Shown: piece by piece, positions 59,701-64,000 of the stretch | How positions within the stretch are numbered: the stretch's first letter is position 1 | Layout of the letters: each line of letters starts with the position of its first letter | Assembly (NCBI GenBank): GCA_977020255.1 | Contig: CDROCS010000852.1 | Location: 310,001-374,000 of the forward strand | Source: Obrimoposthia wandeli | Taxonomy: Eukaryota | Reading direction: 5' to 3' | Length of the DNA stretch: 64,000 nucleotides | Made by a program: the position numbers and the translations under genes | Notes under the pieces: model-generated | Told to the model about the DNA's origin: nothing | The model's input: only the letters and a program-made list of their open reading frames with translations | The model's database searches: none

Positions 59701-62700
59701 AGGTTGAGGCTTCTCGACCTTCATTGGTTTATCGACAGTTCTCAGTTTTCTGAAGAGTTCACTCTTGTGTGCACTGACGTTTTTGTTGAACATCTAGGTG
59801 GAATGACAAAGCAACATTCAAACTTGGCTGTTGTTAATTTGTTTCCTTATCCCAACCTGCAGAAATCCTTCAATTCTATCCTGTAATTATACTTGACATG
59901 GTTGCTAGAGCATGCAATGTCACCGTGACTGTTGCACTCAACATCAATTTGAACGATTTAAATTTAAGAAATATGGATAATATTAAAAGAAACTTCATAT
60001 GTGTCTCGTCATTCGTGTCTTATATACGTGAATGGTATAGTAAAATTTTGACTATCCTGTATATATACACAAAATAACCGACTCTTTATAACGGCACTTA
60101 TCAGTTGGATTAGGTGTAACTAATACTTTCAACCTTTCTTGTCAATGAAGTTTCGCTCATTTTCAGTTAGTATTGATCAAACTTACATACGATTTTGAGT
60201 AGTCAACTTATTTCAAATTTGTTCTAGAAATTGCCCCGGGTAAAGCATTTTAATAAACTTTATAGGTACACTTTGGCTTTACTTCTATAAGGAGGCATAC
60301 TAAAATGAACAAGAGGATGTATATATATATATATGTAAATAATAATACATAATGCATAATAAATTCATATTCCGTATTTTCTGGACTAAAATGTGCAGAT
60401 TATAAACTTTAAGAATGCCAATACAAAAGCGTGTCTAATATATTAATTAGGTACAGTGATAAGTTACCTGCGTACACTACAAAGCAACTACATGAATCTC
60501 ACTAAAATGACAGCACAATGATAAACTTAATTGTTGCAGCACAAAATGTTTTAAATAAAAAGTACTTTTTTATTCTTGTTTAAGTAGTATAAATTGTCGG
60601 TACTAACACAACATTAAAAGGTGCGGCCTCTTGTGCTTGCTACTTTGTTATTTTGTAGCAATATGAACACTATATAAGTATTCAAAACCTTAGAAGAACC
60701 TTAAAAAACCTTCAAAAACCTTAGGAGAAGATGTTATAGTATGTATGATTTTTGGATAACAGATCACGAGTTTAGAGGATCCCCGGTAGTGTGTAGCATA
60801 TTTTTTAGATTTTGCTATAGGCATGATATTGACTTTCAAATATTGTATATTTAGATGTATATTTTACGCAACTTCCTAAAGGAGGGAGCACTTTATTACT
60901 GGGTAGCATTTTTGGAAATAACGTAAAAAATATATTAAAAACAAACAACGTAAAATATATTTTAAAACGTAATACAAAAAGAACTGTCCCATTGAAAGCA
61001 TAAGGTGATATATTCAATGGCTATTGATAGATTAAAACAAATTAATAACAATAATTATTACTGTTATGCTAATTGAAATGTCCTTCAACTTCAGCTTCAA
61101 AATATTCTGATAAGCAATATATTCAAAATTAAGTTTAAAGACATCCAGTCTAAGATTACCATTGCTTGCCATGAGAAATGAATTTTTAACTATTAAATGT
61201 TGTTTATATGTTGATTTAAGAAGGAAACATTATTGATTACCTAATACCAATCAAAATTAAGTAAGTGGATATTTCCAGCCTAATCCACCCACATCCATCG
61301 CCCTTTAAAATCATGCATATGTGTCTCTGTATAATCACCCCCACCCGGAGGGGGCTTTACCACTTCCCCCACCATTTTTTTTGTGTATTACTTGAAATGA
61401 AATTTCATGTGTGCATGAATTTCTTATCCAATCTCAAAAGTGACTAAAGAAGACAACATGAATCCATATTGACTCCGTCGACTTATCGTAGACGAAATTT
61501 CCGACCAAACGTTATATGGATATATGACCATTATTATTAAGAAGGATATCTAATAACAGATTTTAGATAAATAAATTACTACATGTATGTTAAAAGAACA
61601 AAATATGTAGGTCAGATTTATATAATTTTTTGGAGAAAAAAACAAAAATACAAGACTGAATTCATTTCAATATATGTATTAAACAAATCAAATATAAAAC
61701 ACCTTATTAGCTTCATTCAAAGTCCAATGAGGATGTATTTTCCCGTCATCAGCATAATATCGATTGAGTCGTATTGGAATACTTCAAAGTTCTTCATTTA
61801 AAATTATAGCAATCAAATATCCTAGATCATCTCTAAAAGCCAGACTGGGATCAGTTTCGTATACAAAATCAGTTATGTAAAATTTCAAAATATTTTTCAA
61901 TTGACCAATTTTCACAGGATTCATAACTCATATAATTTGATGCCTCTTTAATATATTACATAACTTTTCTTTTAAAATTCTTTCCGGATAATAAAAAACT
62001 TTCTACATATCTCAAAAGAGGATCCATTCTAAAAAAAGAACCTGATTAAAAAACAATGTTTATAAAAAACATACATATAAAATACAAATATTCTGAAAAC
62101 ATAAACATTCTGAAAACATAAACTGATTACAATTTATTAGATGCAAAATGAAAGAAACATAATAAAAATAAAGAAAATAAATATTTAAAACATAGGGATA
62201 TGAGCACGGTCAATTTTCCACATAGGTCGCTTCCTCATAGAACAAGAAATCTCAATGTACATTACTTAGTATTATTTTAAAATCCGAGTGATCAAACAGT
62301 TGTAGATTTCATAACCAAACAAGTATTTTATCAAAATATGTACTTTCAAGTTGATTCATTCCAAGATGCTGCTAAACAAGCACATGGTTATATATTTATC
62401 GACTTTACACAAGCTTGCCCACATGACTTATGTATTTTAACGGATATATTTCCTTTTAACGTAGTAAATGTTTATAAACAAGCATAGAACAATTATAAAA
62501 AAATAATTTTCAATACCTTTTAAGAAGTTAATAGTAAAACGTAAACTTAAAGAAAAGGCAAAGCCTAAGAAATCTAAAAAAAAATCATTAAGAAAAAAGA
62601 AAACTATTCAAGTCTGTAGTTTGAAGTAAAAGAATATTTTAATATATTTTGGTGTTTTATTAACTTAGAAACGTTGGAAAGTGACCCTATGAGTTATAAA

Positions 62701-63136
62701 TTTTGCTCACACCTGTATTAAATTAACCAGAAAGACGTATTATTTGGGCGGGAATGATGACTTTTGGGTAATAAAATGATGCACTATCTTAAACAATTAA
62801 TGGACGTAAATTGTGATAGAAGATGAATTAAGAATGGAACATTGCATTTGTGATAGAAGATGAATTAAGAATGGAACATTGCATTTGTTACTCTCATACA
62901 TTATTCTCACATAATGTGTATTTTGAGTATTTGACAAGATCATCTGCAAACAAAATCCCACTTGATATGGTCGCTGCAGCCACCCCACGTAAAATCTCCC
63001 ACCCCGTCTTTGTCTTGCCCGTGCCTCTTCGGGTCGCAGTAGCACTCTTTTAAGTGACCACGGCTGCAAGCATTCGTGACCGAGTACACGACTCCCGCTG
63101 ACCACACCGAGTACAGAAAAGCAGTCTCCCGAATAC
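41715..63136 (-). CDS. Wnt: Wnt ligand (Wnt2-like), 3' five exons: 63136-62962, 59575-59473, 52874-52610, 52422-52287, 41787-41715
   Basis: RETAF..SV.SAGVVY.VT.ACS.G...C.CDP...WGGCSDHIK|FGMKVSR.FLD...HNNRVGRR|..[17 protein letters not shown]...SPDFC|..GT.GRECN...C..LCC...C.CKFFW|CCEVRCKVC. All junctions are GT-AG and phase-consistent. The subfamily call rests on recalled similarity to WNT2 (CDPKK.G..KD..G.FDWGGCSD) and is tentative. Confidence 0.95.
42777..44107 (-). mobile_element. Solo-LTR-like element (1331 bp) with 4-bp TSD ATTT, related to 38237-39902
   Basis: TGTT...AACA termini; ATTT at 42773-42776 and 44108-44111. Shares AGAACTCACGTTGGGG.CC....GAGGATCTA and other blocks with the 38237 element in opposite orientation. 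Confidence 0.78.
44569..45070 (-). mobile_element. Mariner transposase remnant
   Basis: [21 protein letters not shown] matches the mariner WEVLPHPPYSPDLAPSDFHLF motif. Confidence 0.75.
48892..52020 (+). mobile_element. Degenerate Gypsy retrotransposon (short LTR, PBS, gag, RT, RNase H) in the last Wnt intron
   Basis: TGTTAG...AACA (48892-48988) is followed by PBS-like TGGCGACC, gag MATPLL..., a C-x2-C knuckle near 49700, RT KTAFST...[24 protein letters not shown] and RNase H ITRKELL. Confidence 0.85.
55640..56160 (+). mobile_element. Possible hAT-type transposase remnant
   Basis: [16 protein letters not shown]...[12 protein letters not shown] resembles the hAT D..P.SIVE...PSR.TL segment; heavily degraded. 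Confidence 0.35.
61260..62640 (+). mobile_element. Internally deleted Polinton B derivative inside a Wnt intron
   Basis: Terminus AGTAAGTGGAT...TAATCCAC. 61750-62200 matches 25880-26410, then jumps to the ATPase 3' half (CATAGAACAAGAAATC, cf. 27955-28330). Confidence 0.82.
62811..62887. repeat. 37-bp tandem duplication in a Wnt intron
   Basis: TTGTGATAGAAGATGAATTAAGAATGGAACATTGCAT occurs twice. Confidence 0.85.
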
Positions 63137-64000
63137 CTACAGTAGCTTGAAGATTACTCAAACACACACGGTTACCTTATGAACCTTTTCTATACAAAAA
63201 TAAAAAATGCTACATGCAATGTTCTGTAAAAATATACAAGACTTAAAAGTTTTAAAAATCAATAATTATTTTTCAGTCAAATATCCAAGTATACATTATA
63301 TTACTTTGACACCTAAATAAAGCTGAAAATCAATTTAAAACTCCAAAGCATAAATAATAAGCTCCCAAAACTTCTGACTCCATTTCTAACTATTTTAAAT
63401 TGCTCTATTCATTATTTTAATGGAAGAATATGTCTGTAAGTAGTTACAAAGGTTTTTGTAAGTTTTGCATACCGAAATTTTCAAATAATTTCTTCAAAGG
63501 ATGCACTAGACAATTTTTAACCTCTCTAAGAGTATTAGTCAAAAGAATTCTTTTTTGATTCATTAAAACACACGATTAGTGTTTGAATTTATTTCATCAA
63601 ACTAAGAAAAAGTTGTTCATCAGACACCATATTAATCTAACTTTAATCTGAAGGTGTCAGGATATTTTCCAGTCTCATATCTTGGTGAGTTCGACTGAAT
63701 TTCAAAGATGAAAGTGAATTAAATTATGTCGCTTTGGAAGTTCAAAATTCGATTGATGGATTGAAAATTAAGATTCAAAAAGAAAAGATGCGTAAAAAAT
63801 CTCTCAAGATATAATTTTTTATTTAAATGTTCAATTGCTTTTTTAAATTTATTGATTAGTCGTAAATGCTCAGTAAATGATCGAAACTTTTTAAACTACC
63901 CAATTATTTACCGAGGATCTTGGTTTAGTCCAAGTATTCATAAACCTTTTCATTATATGTACCTCTTTCTAAGATTCCTCTTTCCCATTATTATTATTGA

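Noticed and set aside
52618-63105. ORFs 52618-52905, 52716-52922, 62797-63105 and 62850-63053
   Set aside because: Alternative frames of GC-rich Wnt exons.

Overview
AT-rich invertebrate-animal genomic DNA with GC-richer exons. Two convergent host genes are present, both missing their 5' ends in this window: macoilin (+, six exons, 14558-22724) and a Wnt2-like Wnt (-, five exons, 63136-41715). Over 40% of the window is Polinton/Maverick (adintovirus-like) DNA from three diverged families. Family A is a compact, end-to-end 11.7-kb element (998-12705) with ~700-bp TIRs, a 6-bp TSD with one mismatch, pPolB, packaging ATPase, integrase-chromodomain, minor and major capsid proteins and adenain protease, and a few disabling lesions. 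Family B is a decayed element starting at 25462, plus an isolated end at 13377 and a deletion derivative at 61260. Family C is a fold-back structure at 32321-37571. Gypsy, solo-LTR, mariner and hAT relics fill in the rest. The most striking observations are: (i) these Polintons encode a TATA-binding-protein (TBP)-like gene just upstream of the ATPase, seen in two families; (ii) Polinton genes appear to carry 38-45 nt spliceosomal introns (protease, pPolB); (iii) a conserved small MG...CC (myristoyl/palmitoyl-like) ORF overprints the integrase start in two families; (iv) the integrase of both families breaks into the +1 frame at the same AGT-TAA site. All assignments come from motif recognition by eye; no searches were run.
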